NCBI GenBank assembly: GCA_027364825.1
Contig: DAHXOM010000283.1
Coordinates: 1-31,690, forward strand
From: a bacterium
GTDB taxonomy: Bacteria > JAMCPX01
Length of the DNA: 31,690 bases
Direction of reading: 5' to 3'
Position numbers and translations under genes: made by a program. Shown here piece by piece: positions 1 to 8,318 of this stretch. Within the stretch, counting starts at the first letter, position 1; the number at the start of each line of letters is the position of its first letter. Under the pieces are notes generated by a model, which worked only from the letters and a program-made list of their open reading frames with translations, made no database searches and was not told where the DNA came from.

Positions 1-1095
1 GTTCCGGCGGGTAAATCCCCTGGGAAGGGGTAATACCGCATCACCTTTGTACTGAAGCAGCACCTTGAAAATATCTCCCATTGAATCCGGCATGATCAGA
101 AACTTCGATGCGGATGTAAGCCGGTAATAGTCGACAGGGTCGTTTACCATATCTTTGATCTTCGTCAGCAGGTCTTCATATCCCATGGACATCACAAAGT
201 CCCTCTGTCTCACATATCCCACGGTGTTTAATGAGAACTTCCTGCCCCACTTTGCAATGCTGGTAAAGTTCACATGGCTTGTTATGTCCTTTTCTCCTAT
301 GAATTCGTACGGATTATCATCTATTTTATGGTTATGATAACATACGAGTGTACCGTTGCTCCTGTGCGGTGCGTAATATTCAGATGCGGTATAACCGTAA
401 TCAATGGTCAGTATATACCCCTGCTGTATTACATCAGACATATCTTTCAGCATACCTGCTGCCTTCAGGTTAACCTCTGTGTACATGTCTTCAACAGGTT
501 TCACCTCTATAAAATCAAAATAGTTTACAAGCTCGTCCGGTGCGGGCCTTAATATTTCTGCAAAATGTTCGTCTTCCATGTCGATATACACTTCATATAA
601 CCTGTCTTTCATAGCAACCAGGTGAACCGGCAGTGCGTCGAACAGCTCGTTCGACACAATACAGCCTACAAAAGGGTTTACACGGGACAGCGTTTCATGG
701 ACCTCTATCTTTTCGGTATGCTCAATGCCCGGCAAGGGGTGCTTTTCTATAATTACATACCGTAAAGCATGATAAAAATCTTTATGCCACCTCAATGCCG
801 ACTCTACAATGTCATCCGCCATTTTGCCGGTACCGCCGCCCACTTCTACTACATAAAAAGGGACCGGTTTTCCAAGGAGTTCAAAAAACTGTGCGATCTG
901 CCCTGCAATCAACATGCTCATCACCGATGACGCATACGGGGCTGTATAATAATCACCTTCTGCTCCGAGCCTCTGCCTGCCCGATGTATAATATCCAAGG
1001 GACGGATAATAAAGAGCCATATCCATAAACTGTTCGAATGTCATGGGGCCACTGCGCCGTATTGTGTCTTTTATTATTTGCTCGACTGTACCCAT
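1..1095 (-). CDS. SAM-dependent methyltransferase, MidA/NDUFAF7 (DUF185) family; 3' end runs off the window
   Basis: Missing from the ORF track; manually translated at the start, at internal motifs and at the window edge. ATG at 1095 gives MGTVEQIIKDTIRRSGPMTFEQFMDMALYYPSLGYY, then VVEVGGGTGKMA (SAM motif I), SNELFDALPVH, TIDYGY and KDITSHVNFT. No stop is seen at the left edge. Confidence 0.85.
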   Translation of the reverse strand, partial: MGTVEQIIKDTIRRSGPMTFEQFMDMALYYPSLGYYTSGRQRLGAEGDYYTAPYASSVMSMLIAGQIAQFFELLGKPVPFYVVEVGGGTGKMADDIVESALRWHKDFYHALRYVIIEKHPLPGIEHTEKIEVHETLSRVNPFVGCIVSNELFDALPVHLVAMKDRLYEVYIDMEDEHFAEILRPAPDELVNYFDFIEVKPVEDMYTEVNLKAAGMLKDMSDVIQQGYILTIDYGYTASEYYAPHRSNGTLVCYHNHKIDDNPYEFIGEKDITSHVNFTSIAKWGRKFSLNTVGYVRQRDFVMSMGYEDLLTKIKDMVNDPVDYYRLTSASKFLIMPDSMGDIFKVLLQYKGDAVLPLPRGFTRRN

Positions 1096-1120
1096 ACTAA
1101 GACAACGGAAACGATACCGG

Positions 1121-3913
1121 CTATCCGGCCTGCCGGCTATCTGCAATCAAATCTTTAATCATCCTGAATAGATCATACAGCGTATACGGCTTTTGAATAA
1201 AAGGATAGCCCCTCTCCTGTATCAAAGCAGATTGGGATTTCTCATCCGTGTAGCCGCTGGTCAATAAACAAATAAGCCCGGGTTTGTAGGAGAGCAGTTC
1301 ATCCGCAAGTCTGATCCCGTTTGAATCCGGCAGGACCACATCGCTGAACAGGAGATCGAATTTGTTGTTTTCCCTCTTAAAGATGCTTACGGCCTCTTCT
1401 GCATTGGATGCCGGGAATACCTGATAGCCGTTCTCACTCAATACGATCTTAACAAAGTTCAGCATGGATTCCTCATCCTCGACAAGAAGTATCCGTTCAC
1501 CGTTGCCGTTCAGATCTTTAAACGATAGCTTCTCCCTGCCCGTCGTTTCGTGTATTTGTAAAACAGCGGGGAAGTACACCTTGAATGTCGTGCCCTCGCC
1601 CAACTTGCTGTACACGTTTATCCAGCCGTTATGTTGTTTGGCAATGCCATAAACAACGGACAACCCGAGTCCTGTACCTTTCTCTTTATCCTTCGTTGTG
1701 AAAAATGGCTCAAATATACGATTGATAATTTCGGTATCAATGCCGGTCCCCGTATCCGTAACGCTCAGACAGACATAATTACCCGGATAAGAGTCGGGTA
1801 TCGTAATACTTTTTTCTTCATCTATAAAACTATTTTCCGTCCTTATTGTTATGGTACCGTCTTTTATTATTGCATGGCTTGCATTGATCACAAGGTTCAT
1901 GATGACCTGCTGTACGTTCCCGGTATCCGCCATTATCATCCATATATCGCCGGCAAGCTCCAATACTATCTTTACGTGTTCACCGATAAGCCGTTTCAGC
2001 ATTTTGAGCAAATCGTTCGTGGTTGCGTTGATATTAAGAGGAGTCAGTTCAACAGGACTCTTGCGGCCGAACAGGAGCAGCTGATGGGTAAGATTTGTAC
2101 CTTTTATCGAGGCATCGAGAATCTCGTCAAGATCGTGACGCAGGGACTTATTCTCATTCAGTCTTAATATCCCAAGCTCTGCGTGTCCCTGTATCACGGT
2201 CAGGATGTTGTTGAGATCATGGGCAACACCGCCTGTCATAATACCGATTGCTTCCATTTTCTGTAATTGAAAGACCTGTGCCTGCATCCTCTCTTTTTCC
2301 CTGACTGCACGATTACGCTCGGTTATATCGATAACACTCCCGACAATTGCCGGCCTCCCATGATACAGTATCCGGGAGCCGTAAATTTCGATTTCGACTG
2401 TCCGTTTATCCTTTGTTATCCCTCTGAATTCGTAATGTTTCGTTTCGATCTCTCCGGATACCCGTTTTCTTACGTTCTCCTGTACAACAGGCAAGTCTTC
2501 CGGTATAACGATCTGCTCCGGACCAATTTTATCGATCACTTCATCTACGGAATATCCGAACATCCTGGCTGCCACCGGGTTAACATACTTGAAAACATTG
2601 TCCTGTAACACGTACACACCAACAAGAGATGTCTCCGTAAGCATCCTGAATTTCTCTTCAGACTCTCTCAGGTTTTCCTCTGCTTCCTTCCGTGCTGTGA
2701 TCTCTATGAAACTTCCCATGATCGCGGGTCTGCCCTGATATGTTATCCTCGCATCATATACCTCACAGTAAATGAGTTTTTTGTCCTTTCTTATGGACCT
2801 CACCTCATAATGCATGGACGGAACTTCACCGGAAAGACGTTTTTGGATCTCGACTTCCAGAAACGGCATATCTTCCGGAACAACGATATCCTTTGGACCA
2901 AGTTTACCGAGTGCCTCTTCAACGGTATATCCCATTATCTCTGCGGCCCTGGGGTTTATATAGGTGTAGATGCCGTCCTGATAAATATAAACACCGACGA
3001 CCGCTGCCTCTGCCAGGGTCCTGAATTTTTCTTCTGATTCCATAAGCCGCTGCTCCGATTGTTTGCGGCTTGTTATATCCAGCACACTGCCTAAGACCGC
3101 AGGCCTTCCGTTATACATAATACGGGTGCCGTAGGTTTCGATATCAATGATTCTTTTATCTTTTGTCACGGCCCTGAACATGGTTGGCCTCTCCTGAACC
3201 AGCCCGGACATGCGCTTCTGGATGTTCTCTTCGGCAGACTTTATTTCTTCCGGCACAATAATGTCCTTTGTACTCATCCTGTTGATTACCGCTTCTACGG
3301 AATAACCCAATATCTTTGCAGCCATCGGGTTTACATATCTGAAAACCCCGTCCTGGATAATATAAACGCCGACAAGCAGCGCCTCCGAGAACGTCCTGAA
3401 CTTTTCCTCGGATTCTATAAGCAGCTGCTCCGATTGTTTGCGCACCGTAACGTCCAAAAGGCTTCCTATAACCGCAGGCTTTCCATGGTATTGTATCCGT
3501 GAACCGTAAACCTCTACATCGATAAGCTTTTTGTCTTTCCGTATAAACTTTCCATCATAATAGGTTGTGCTAAGCTTACCGGTCAGACGTTTTCTTATAG
3601 TCTCTTCTGCACGAGGAATGTCTTCTTCCGGGATAAAATCCTTGAGTTGTAATTTCCCCTCCATCTCCTGAATAGTGTAGCCCAATATCTCTGCGCTTTT
3701 ACGATTAACATATTTTATGACTCCGTCCTGAATAAGGTATACACCAACAGGAGATGCATCAGCCAGTGCCCTGAATACCTCTTCAGAATCGTATAGTTTT
3801 TTCCCGGCAGATGTTTTTTTAGGAGGTACAACAGGGGGTGAGAATTTTTTTTTGTTCGGGGGTTTCTTATACGACTTGCTCGTTTTTTTATTTTTTGTCT
3901 TATTTTTACGCAT
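1121..3913 (-). CDS. Cytoplasmic hybrid sensor histidine kinase: Lys/Pro-rich N-tail, 4 PAS domains, HisKA, HATPase, receiver (CckA-like architecture)
   Basis: Four ~125-aa units of the form GVY..QD....Y(V/I)N. H-box VAHDLNNIL, N-box QQVIMNLVINA, G-boxes DTGTGI, FFTTK and GTGLGL. Receiver LLVEDE...LLFSDVVLP...QKP has its Asp intact. No transmembrane segment. Confidence 0.95.
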   Translation of the reverse strand: MRKNKTKNKKTSKSYKKPPNKKKFSPPVVPPKKTSAGKKLYDSEEVFRALADASPVGVYLIQDGVIKYVNRKSAEILGYTIQEMEGKLQLKDFIPEEDIPRAEETIRKRLTGKLSTTYYDGKFIRKDKKLIDVEVYGSRIQYHGKPAVIGSLLDVTVRKQSEQLLIESEEKFRTFSEALLVGVYIIQDGVFRYVNPMAAKILGYSVEAVINRMSTKDIIVPEEIKSAEENIQKRMSGLVQERPTMFRAVTKDKRIIDIETYGTRIMYNGRPAVLGSVLDITSRKQSEQRLMESEEKFRTLAEAAVVGVYIYQDGIYTYINPRAAEIMGYTVEEALGKLGPKDIVVPEDMPFLEVEIQKRLSGEVPSMHYEVRSIRKDKKLIYCEVYDARITYQGRPAIMGSFIEITARKEAEENLRESEEKFRMLTETSLVGVYVLQDNVFKYVNPVAARMFGYSVDEVIDKIGPEQIVIPEDLPVVQENVRKRVSGEIETKHYEFRGITKDKRTVEIEIYGSRILYHGRPAIVGSVIDITERNRAVREKERMQAQVFQLQKMEAIGIMTGGVAHDLNNILTVIQGHAELGILRLNENKSLRHDLDEILDASIKGTNLTHQLLLFGRKSPVELTPLNINATTNDLLKMLKRLIGEHVKIVLELAGDIWMIMADTGNVQQVIMNLVINASHAIIKDGTITIRTENSFIDEEKSITIPDSYPGNYVCLSVTDTGTGIDTEIINRIFEPFFTTKDKEKGTGLGLSVVYGIAKQHNGWINVYSKLGEGTTFKVYFPAVLQIHETTGREKLSFKDLNGNGERILLVEDEESMLNFVKIVLSENGYQVFPASNAEEAVSIFKRENNKFDLLFSDVVLPDSNGIRLADELLSYKPGLICLLTSGYTDEKSQSALIQERGYPFIQKPYTLYDLFRMIKDLIADSRQAG

Positions 3914-3998
3914 AGATATTCTGCTTATAAATTATCAAATCCTCCTGAAAAAGCAATATTATTTTTTTACAATAATTACATTTTCGGTTTAACCTGCC

Positions 3999-5654
3999 TT
4001 AACCGCATACACCGCAGAGAGTGCATGTATCAGGCCTGCATACAGGGGTAACAATACCTTTCATGCCTAATTTATATTCCTTGAGCAGAAAGTCCTTTTT
4101 AAATCCGTATTCTATAAAATCCCACGGCAACACCTCATGACTGCGTCTCTCTCTGAATGCATAGTTCTCAATATCAATGCCGCTGTCATGGAGGGAACGG
4201 CTCATGGAGGTATCGGTCTTTGACAGGTACACAAGGAACTCCGAAAGGCGCCTGTCCCCTCTGGAAAGAATCGCCTGAAGCAGATAATGCTTCTCCCATT
4301 CAATCTTTATGCCGCTGGATTTTAATGCTTTTTTTACGGCGTTCAATTTATTTTTGAGTTCGTCCGGTTTTATTACCCCAAGCCATTGAAACGGAGTAAA
4401 AGGTTTCGGTATCAGCGGATTAATACTGATGCTCAACCTGCCCTTTCCTGCATTCAATGCCTCTTTGATCCGGATCGAAAGCCCTGCAATGGCTTCGATA
4501 TCTTCATCCGTTTCACCGGGTATGCCTATGAGGAAGTATAGTTTTAACGTATTAACGTTATACCCGCTGAGGAACCTTGCAGCTTTCAGGATCTGCTCAT
4601 CGCTCAACTGCTTATTCAGCACCCTCCTCAACCGGTCAGTACCTGCCTCAGGCGCAATAGCAGCGGAGAACTGATCCGTTGACATCTCGATTTTATTCAT
4701 GTCGAGCAGTGCAAGACTGTCGGCACGCATGGACGACATGGATGCCTTCAGACCGATGGAATGGATATAATCCAGCAGTTCTTGAAGATACGGGTACTCG
4801 GTGACCATGGGGCTGACAATGCCGACCCTCCTGACGCCCGCGGGCAGGGACATCAGATCGTCTTGTAAATCTTTTAACGGCCTGTGCCGCGGCGGCAGAT
4901 AAGCATATCCCGATATACAGAATCTGCACCGGTACCCGCAGCCCCGTGAGACCTCCTGGAGGTGGATACCGGAGAATGTCGTATCGTCCGTATAAACAAC
5001 GGTTGATGAGACGCGGTTCGACAGAGGCGCCAGGTGACGCCTGACCTTTTTCCCTTTTTTGAATCTACGATCCATGCCCTCGAGTCTGCCGTCTGCTCTA
5101 TACCGGACATCATAGAAGGAAGGGACGTAGACACCCTCATGCTCATCCAGCTCTTTCAGGATAAACGCCCTTGCCTGCCGTGCGGTAAGATTTTTATGGA
5201 TAACATCCATGACATCTTCCACGAGGCCTTCCGCCTCGCCGATGACGCAAACATCCATAAATTCGGCAATGGGCTCGGGGTTCAGCGTTACTGCAATGCC
5301 TCCTGCCATGATCATGGGACCGTGTGTCCGCCGTGATGCGTACAGTTCTATGCCCGATGCCCTGAGGAAATCGACCACATTGATATAATCCGTTTCAAAA
5401 GAGATTGAAAAGGCAATAACGGAAAAATCGGTTATCTGCCTGCCGCTCTCTATGGATACCGGTCCTTCCTTACCCTTTCGCCAAAAACACCTTTCACAAA
5501 CGACCGTATCCCTGTTGTTCAGGATGCCGTACAGGGTATGGACCGCAAGATTACTCATGCCCGCCCTGTAGGTGTCCGGGTAAACGAGCAGGACAGGAAG
5601 TTTGCCGCCCCATTCCTTTTTAATCGCACCTGATTCACGGTGCATGGTCTTCAT
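3999..5654 (-). CDS. Radical SAM protein with a B12-binding-like N-terminal region and C-terminal Cys cluster (TIGR03960/COG1032-like)
   Basis: CX3CX2C motif RGCGYRCRFC, APEAGTDRLR, LYFLIGIPGET and C-terminal CRPDTCTLCGVC. Start placed at MKTMHRE (5654) rather than 5717, which is a judgement call. Confidence 0.85.
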   Translation of the reverse strand: MKTMHRESGAIKKEWGGKLPVLLVYPDTYRAGMSNLAVHTLYGILNNRDTVVCERCFWRKGKEGPVSIESGRQITDFSVIAFSISFETDYINVVDFLRASGIELYASRRTHGPMIMAGGIAVTLNPEPIAEFMDVCVIGEAEGLVEDVMDVIHKNLTARQARAFILKELDEHEGVYVPSFYDVRYRADGRLEGMDRRFKKGKKVRRHLAPLSNRVSSTVVYTDDTTFSGIHLQEVSRGCGYRCRFCISGYAYLPPRHRPLKDLQDDLMSLPAGVRRVGIVSPMVTEYPYLQELLDYIHSIGLKASMSSMRADSLALLDMNKIEMSTDQFSAAIAPEAGTDRLRRVLNKQLSDEQILKAARFLSGYNVNTLKLYFLIGIPGETDEDIEAIAGLSIRIKEALNAGKGRLSISINPLIPKPFTPFQWLGVIKPDELKNKLNAVKKALKSSGIKIEWEKHYLLQAILSRGDRRLSEFLVYLSKTDTSMSRSLHDSGIDIENYAFRERRSHEVLPWDFIEYGFKKDFLLKEYKLGMKGIVTPVCRPDTCTLCGVCG

Positions 5655-5769
5655 ACTACCACTATAATCAGATAAACTATTCCAGCGCAACAGGCAGTAA
5701 TCAGACAATCTCCCCATAAGAGCATTTAAAAAAAGAAGTTTTGTGAAATGAACATGGAAGATGAAAGAA

Positions 5770-5953
5770 AAAAAGGAAGAGTTTGATCCGAAGTGAAGAG
5801 AAACACCTGCGAACTGCCTGGTATTCTTTCATAGTATTCTGCGTGGACTGCTTCTCGTCCCTAGACAAAGATAAAATAGCTCGATAGGTCAAAAAACCCG
5901 TTTAGCAAAAAGAGCTATTGTTTCACGAACGGAGGAGGAAACTCTTCCTTTTT
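5770..5953. repeat. Dispersed ~185-bp inverted-repeat element, family R, copy 1
   Basis: Perfect 15-bp terminal inverted repeat AAAAAGGAAGAGTTT / AAACTCTTCCTTTTT. The first 89 nt match 14026-14114 at 78/89 positions by hand alignment, and a second shared block CCGTTTAGCAAAAAGAGC lies near the 3' end. Confidence 0.88.
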
Positions 5954-5981
5954 CCAGAAAAATGCATTCTGATACTTCGAA

Positions 5982-6563
5982 TTAACCGATCTCCTCGATT
6001 GTAATACCCAAGGCGCCTGCTTCCAGCATCTGCTCGACCGCAAGTTCACTGTCCTGTGGATGGACATTGACGCCCCGTGATGCGTCCCGAAGGAACAATA
6101 CCGTGAAACCGGCCTTGAGCGCATCAAGCACCGTGTTCTTTACACAGTAGTCTGTGGCTAGACCGCCGACAAATACCCTCCTCACCTTCAGTCTCTGAAG
6201 CATGGATTTTAGTCTTGTCCCCTGAAACCCGGAATACGCCTCTTTTCCCGGGGTGGTTGCCTTTGATACTATACCTGCCGACCCGGGAAGCTTTAGTTCC
6301 GGATGAAATTTCGCACCGTCTGTTTCTTTGACGCAGTGTACAGGCCATATTCCGCCGTATGCTTTGAACGAAATATGATTTTCCGGATGCCAGTCCCTTG
6401 TTGCAAAAACAGGGAGGTATTTTAAACCGAACTTGTCCATATAACGGTTTAATACCGGAACGACCGTATCCCCTTCCGGAACAGCAAGAGAACCTCCCGG
6501 GCAGAAATCCCTCTGCACATCTACAACGATAAGAGCATCAGCCTTTGAAAGCTTTAATTTCAT
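5982..6563 (-). CDS. pncA: Nicotinamidase/pyrazinamidase (isochorismatase family)
   Basis: ALIVVDVQRDFCPGGSLAV, TRDWHP..H, WPVHC, SK...AYSGF and GLATDYCV give the Asp-Lys-Cys triad and metal ligands. Start placed at MKLKLSK (6563) after a purine-rich tract. Confidence 0.92.
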   Translation of the reverse strand: MKLKLSKADALIVVDVQRDFCPGGSLAVPEGDTVVPVLNRYMDKFGLKYLPVFATRDWHPENHISFKAYGGIWPVHCVKETDGAKFHPELKLPGSAGIVSKATTPGKEAYSGFQGTRLKSMLQRLKVRRVFVGGLATDYCVKNTVLDALKAGFTVLFLRDASRGVNVHPQDSELAVEQMLEAGALGITIEEIG

Positions 6564-6635
6564 TGTTCTTTCCCTTCTTATAAGATAATACAAAAAGTAT
6601 AAAAACAAAGCGATGACGCATACCCTGCTACTTGC

Positions 6636-6664
6636 TTGCATTACAAAACGACAGATACTATATT
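6636..6664 (+). promoter_or_regulatory. Putative sigma70 promoter of the ECF sigma gene
   Basis: TTGCAT (6636-6641), 17-nt spacer, TATATT (6659-6664), 32 nt upstream of the ATG at 6697. Confidence 0.55.
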
Positions 6665-6696
6665 TACGATATTAAAATTTCCGAAACTACGCATAT

Positions 6697-7260
6697 ATGA
6701 AAAAACTTGATGATACTGCTATACTCCTGCGTTTTAAAAATGGCGATACATCTGCGTTTCAAGAGATTGTACTTGCTTATCAGGACAGCATATTCAACCT
6801 GTGTGCTTACATGATCGGGGACCCGGTCAATGCCGAAGACGTGGCACAGGACGTCTTTCTGAAGGCTTATCAGAACCTGAAAGCGTTCAAACCGAATGCA
6901 TCTATTTATACCTGGCTGTACCGCATTGCTATCAATACCTGTATAGATTATAAACGTAAGGTATCGTTTGAATCTGTTTTCAAGCACCAGCAGCATGATG
7001 AAGACATAATCGCAAATGAGCCGTCCGGAGATCCATCACCCGAGAGCATTTACGGATCAAAACAAACCGCCGCTGCCTTAAAAAAAGCCCTTGGAAAATT
7101 ATCACGGAAGCTAAAGTCCGTTATCGTTATGAAAGAGATAGAAGGACTTTCCTACGAGGAGATCGCCGATACACTGGAAATATCCATAGGGACCGTAAAA
7201 TCAAGAATTTCAAGGGCACGGGAAGAGTTAAAGGAGCTTATGAAAGGGTTTAACCTCTGA
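6697..7260 (+). CDS. ECF (sigma-24/RpoE-like) RNA polymerase sigma factor
   Basis: Region 2: AEDVAQDVFLKAYQNL..F...ASIYTWLYRIAINTCIDYKRK. Region 4: EGLSYEEIADTLEISIGTVKSRISRAR. Confidence 0.96.
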   Translation: MKKLDDTAILLRFKNGDTSAFQEIVLAYQDSIFNLCAYMIGDPVNAEDVAQDVFLKAYQNLKAFKPNASIYTWLYRIAINTCIDYKRKVSFESVFKHQQHDEDIIANEPSGDPSPESIYGSKQTAAALKKALGKLSRKLKSVIVMKEIEGLSYEEIADTLEISIGTVKSRISRAREELKELMKGFNL

Positions 7261-7290
7261 AGGAATTTTTCATGGAATTAAATGATTTAT

Positions 7291-7315
7291 GGAACAAAAA
7301 CATACGGATATCGTT
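7291..7315 (+). promoter_or_regulatory. Putative ECF-sigma-dependent promoter between the sigma and anti-sigma genes
   Basis: GGAAC (7291-7295), 16-nt spacer, CGTT (7312-7315), followed by SD AAGGAGG and the ATG at 7336. Confidence 0.5.
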
Positions 7316-7335
7316 AATAGAATAAGGAGGCAGAT

Positions 7336-7785
7336 ATGAGGTGTTCAAAGGCAAAAAAGCTTTTTTCACCATACATAGATACGGCATTAACAAAAGCTGA
7401 GGAAGAGCTGTTTGATGCTCACATAAGAGATTGTAACGAATGCCGTTCAAGGCTTGAGGAGATGAAGGTCATGCACAATGCATTCTGTTCCATGGAAAGG
7501 CTCAATGCTCCCTATGGTTTTACAACAAGGGTTATGGCGAACATAAACGAGAAAAGGACAAAGAGATGGTCATTGTTCCCTGTACTCGGCATGGTGATAG
7601 AAGCGTCTGTTGTTGTTCTGGTAATCATGATAGGTACACGGGCCGGCAGCTTCCTCGGTACGGCTTTTACAGGACAAACAACAAACATTTCATCCTCTCT
7701 GTCTCTTGATACGTTTGAGGCTGTCCAGCCGAATTCCATAGGCGGGGCATACCTTGCAATGATGGAGGGAAACAATGAAAAATAG
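7336..7785 (+). CDS. Membrane-anchored zinc-binding anti-sigma factor (ZAS, zf-HC2)
   Basis: MRC..AKKLFSPYID, HxxxCxxC motif (HIRDCNEC), one hydrophobic segment, directly downstream of the ECF gene. Confidence 0.88.
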   Translation: MRCSKAKKLFSPYIDTALTKAEEELFDAHIRDCNECRSRLEEMKVMHNAFCSMERLNAPYGFTTRVMANINEKRTKRWSLFPVLGMVIEASVVVLVIMIGTRAGSFLGTAFTGQTTNISSSLSLDTFEAVQPNSIGGAYLAMMEGNNEK

Positions 7786-8257
7786 CACCTTGAAATTCCT
7801 GCTGTTAACATCCTTGATCCTCAATATAGCCGTCCTGGGCAGTGTGGGGTATTCGTACTATCAGCATTCATTCCGGAAACCTGCTCCGTTTGAACCGGGC
7901 AGGCGTGCGTTTCTTGTGAAGGAACTATCATTGAATCCCGGACAGGCCGATCTGTTGATAAAAAATCAGCAATCGTTTCATCTGCAGATAGATACCATAA
8001 GGCAGCAGATATTACTGAAGCGGATAACACTGCTCAATCTTATGAAATCCGACAAACCCGATACAACAAAAATTGATCAAACTATTTCGGACATAGGCGA
8101 CATGCAGGAGGACATTCAGAAGAAAATAGTTGCCCATATCATCGAAGTGAAGGCAATGCTGAACAAAGACCAGCAGAAGAAGTTTTTCGGATTAATAGAA
8201 ACGATAATAACAAAACGGGAGAACGGCAGACATGGACCACACGGCCCCGGTCATTGA
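7775..8257 (+). CDS. Membrane-anchored periplasmic helical protein, Spy/CpxP/ZraP/CnrX (Metal_resist)-like
   Basis: N-terminal hydrophobic anchor, then ELSLNPGQ...helical hairpin...LNKDQQKKF, and a C-terminal RHGPHGPGH tail. Overlaps the anti-sigma gene by 11 nt. Confidence 0.72.
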   Translation: MKNSTLKFLLLTSLILNIAVLGSVGYSYYQHSFRKPAPFEPGRRAFLVKELSLNPGQADLLIKNQQSFHLQIDTIRQQILLKRITLLNLMKSDKPDTTKIDQTISDIGDMQEDIQKKIVAHIIEVKAMLNKDQQKKFFGLIETIITKRENGRHGPHGPGH

Positions 8258-8282
8258 AGAACTTATAAGACCGCGAGGGAAA

Positions 8283-8318
8283 ATAGGACAAATAGGACTT
8301 ATAGGACTTATATGACTT
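8283..8318 (+). repeat. 9-bp tandem repeat covering the ribosome-binding site and start codon of the TolC gene
   Basis: ATAGGACAA ATAGGACTT ATAGGACTT ATATGACTT; the fourth unit contains the ATG at 8312. A degenerate in-register unit ATAAGACCG lies at 8265. Confidence 0.85.

Noticed and set aside
155-1028. Plus-strand ORFs at 155-337, 274-552 and 795-1028
   Set aside because: They are antisense to the methyltransferase frame at 1-1095, which the ORF track missed because its stop lies outside the window.
5770-5953. Family R element as 6S RNA
   Set aside because: Size and end-pairing fit, but there are two diverged copies with an unrelated central region, I see no recognisable 6S motifs, and the usual zapA/ygfA context is absent. 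An Rfam search would settle it.
5718-5981. Cobalamin or other riboswitch ahead of the radical SAM gene
   Set aside because: No B12-box or AGGGAA/GCCACTG-type core is present, and the same sequence recurs between convergent genes where a riboswitch would have no target.
5701-6127. Small ORFs over the repeat elements (5701-5892, 5915-6127, 13952-14221, 14136-14384, 31428-31622)
   Set aside because: They lie largely over non-coding repeats or overlap real genes, lack an obvious SD and have no protein-like features.
8283-8318. CRISPR array
   Set aside because: Units are 9 bp, contiguous and without spacers; no cas genes are present.
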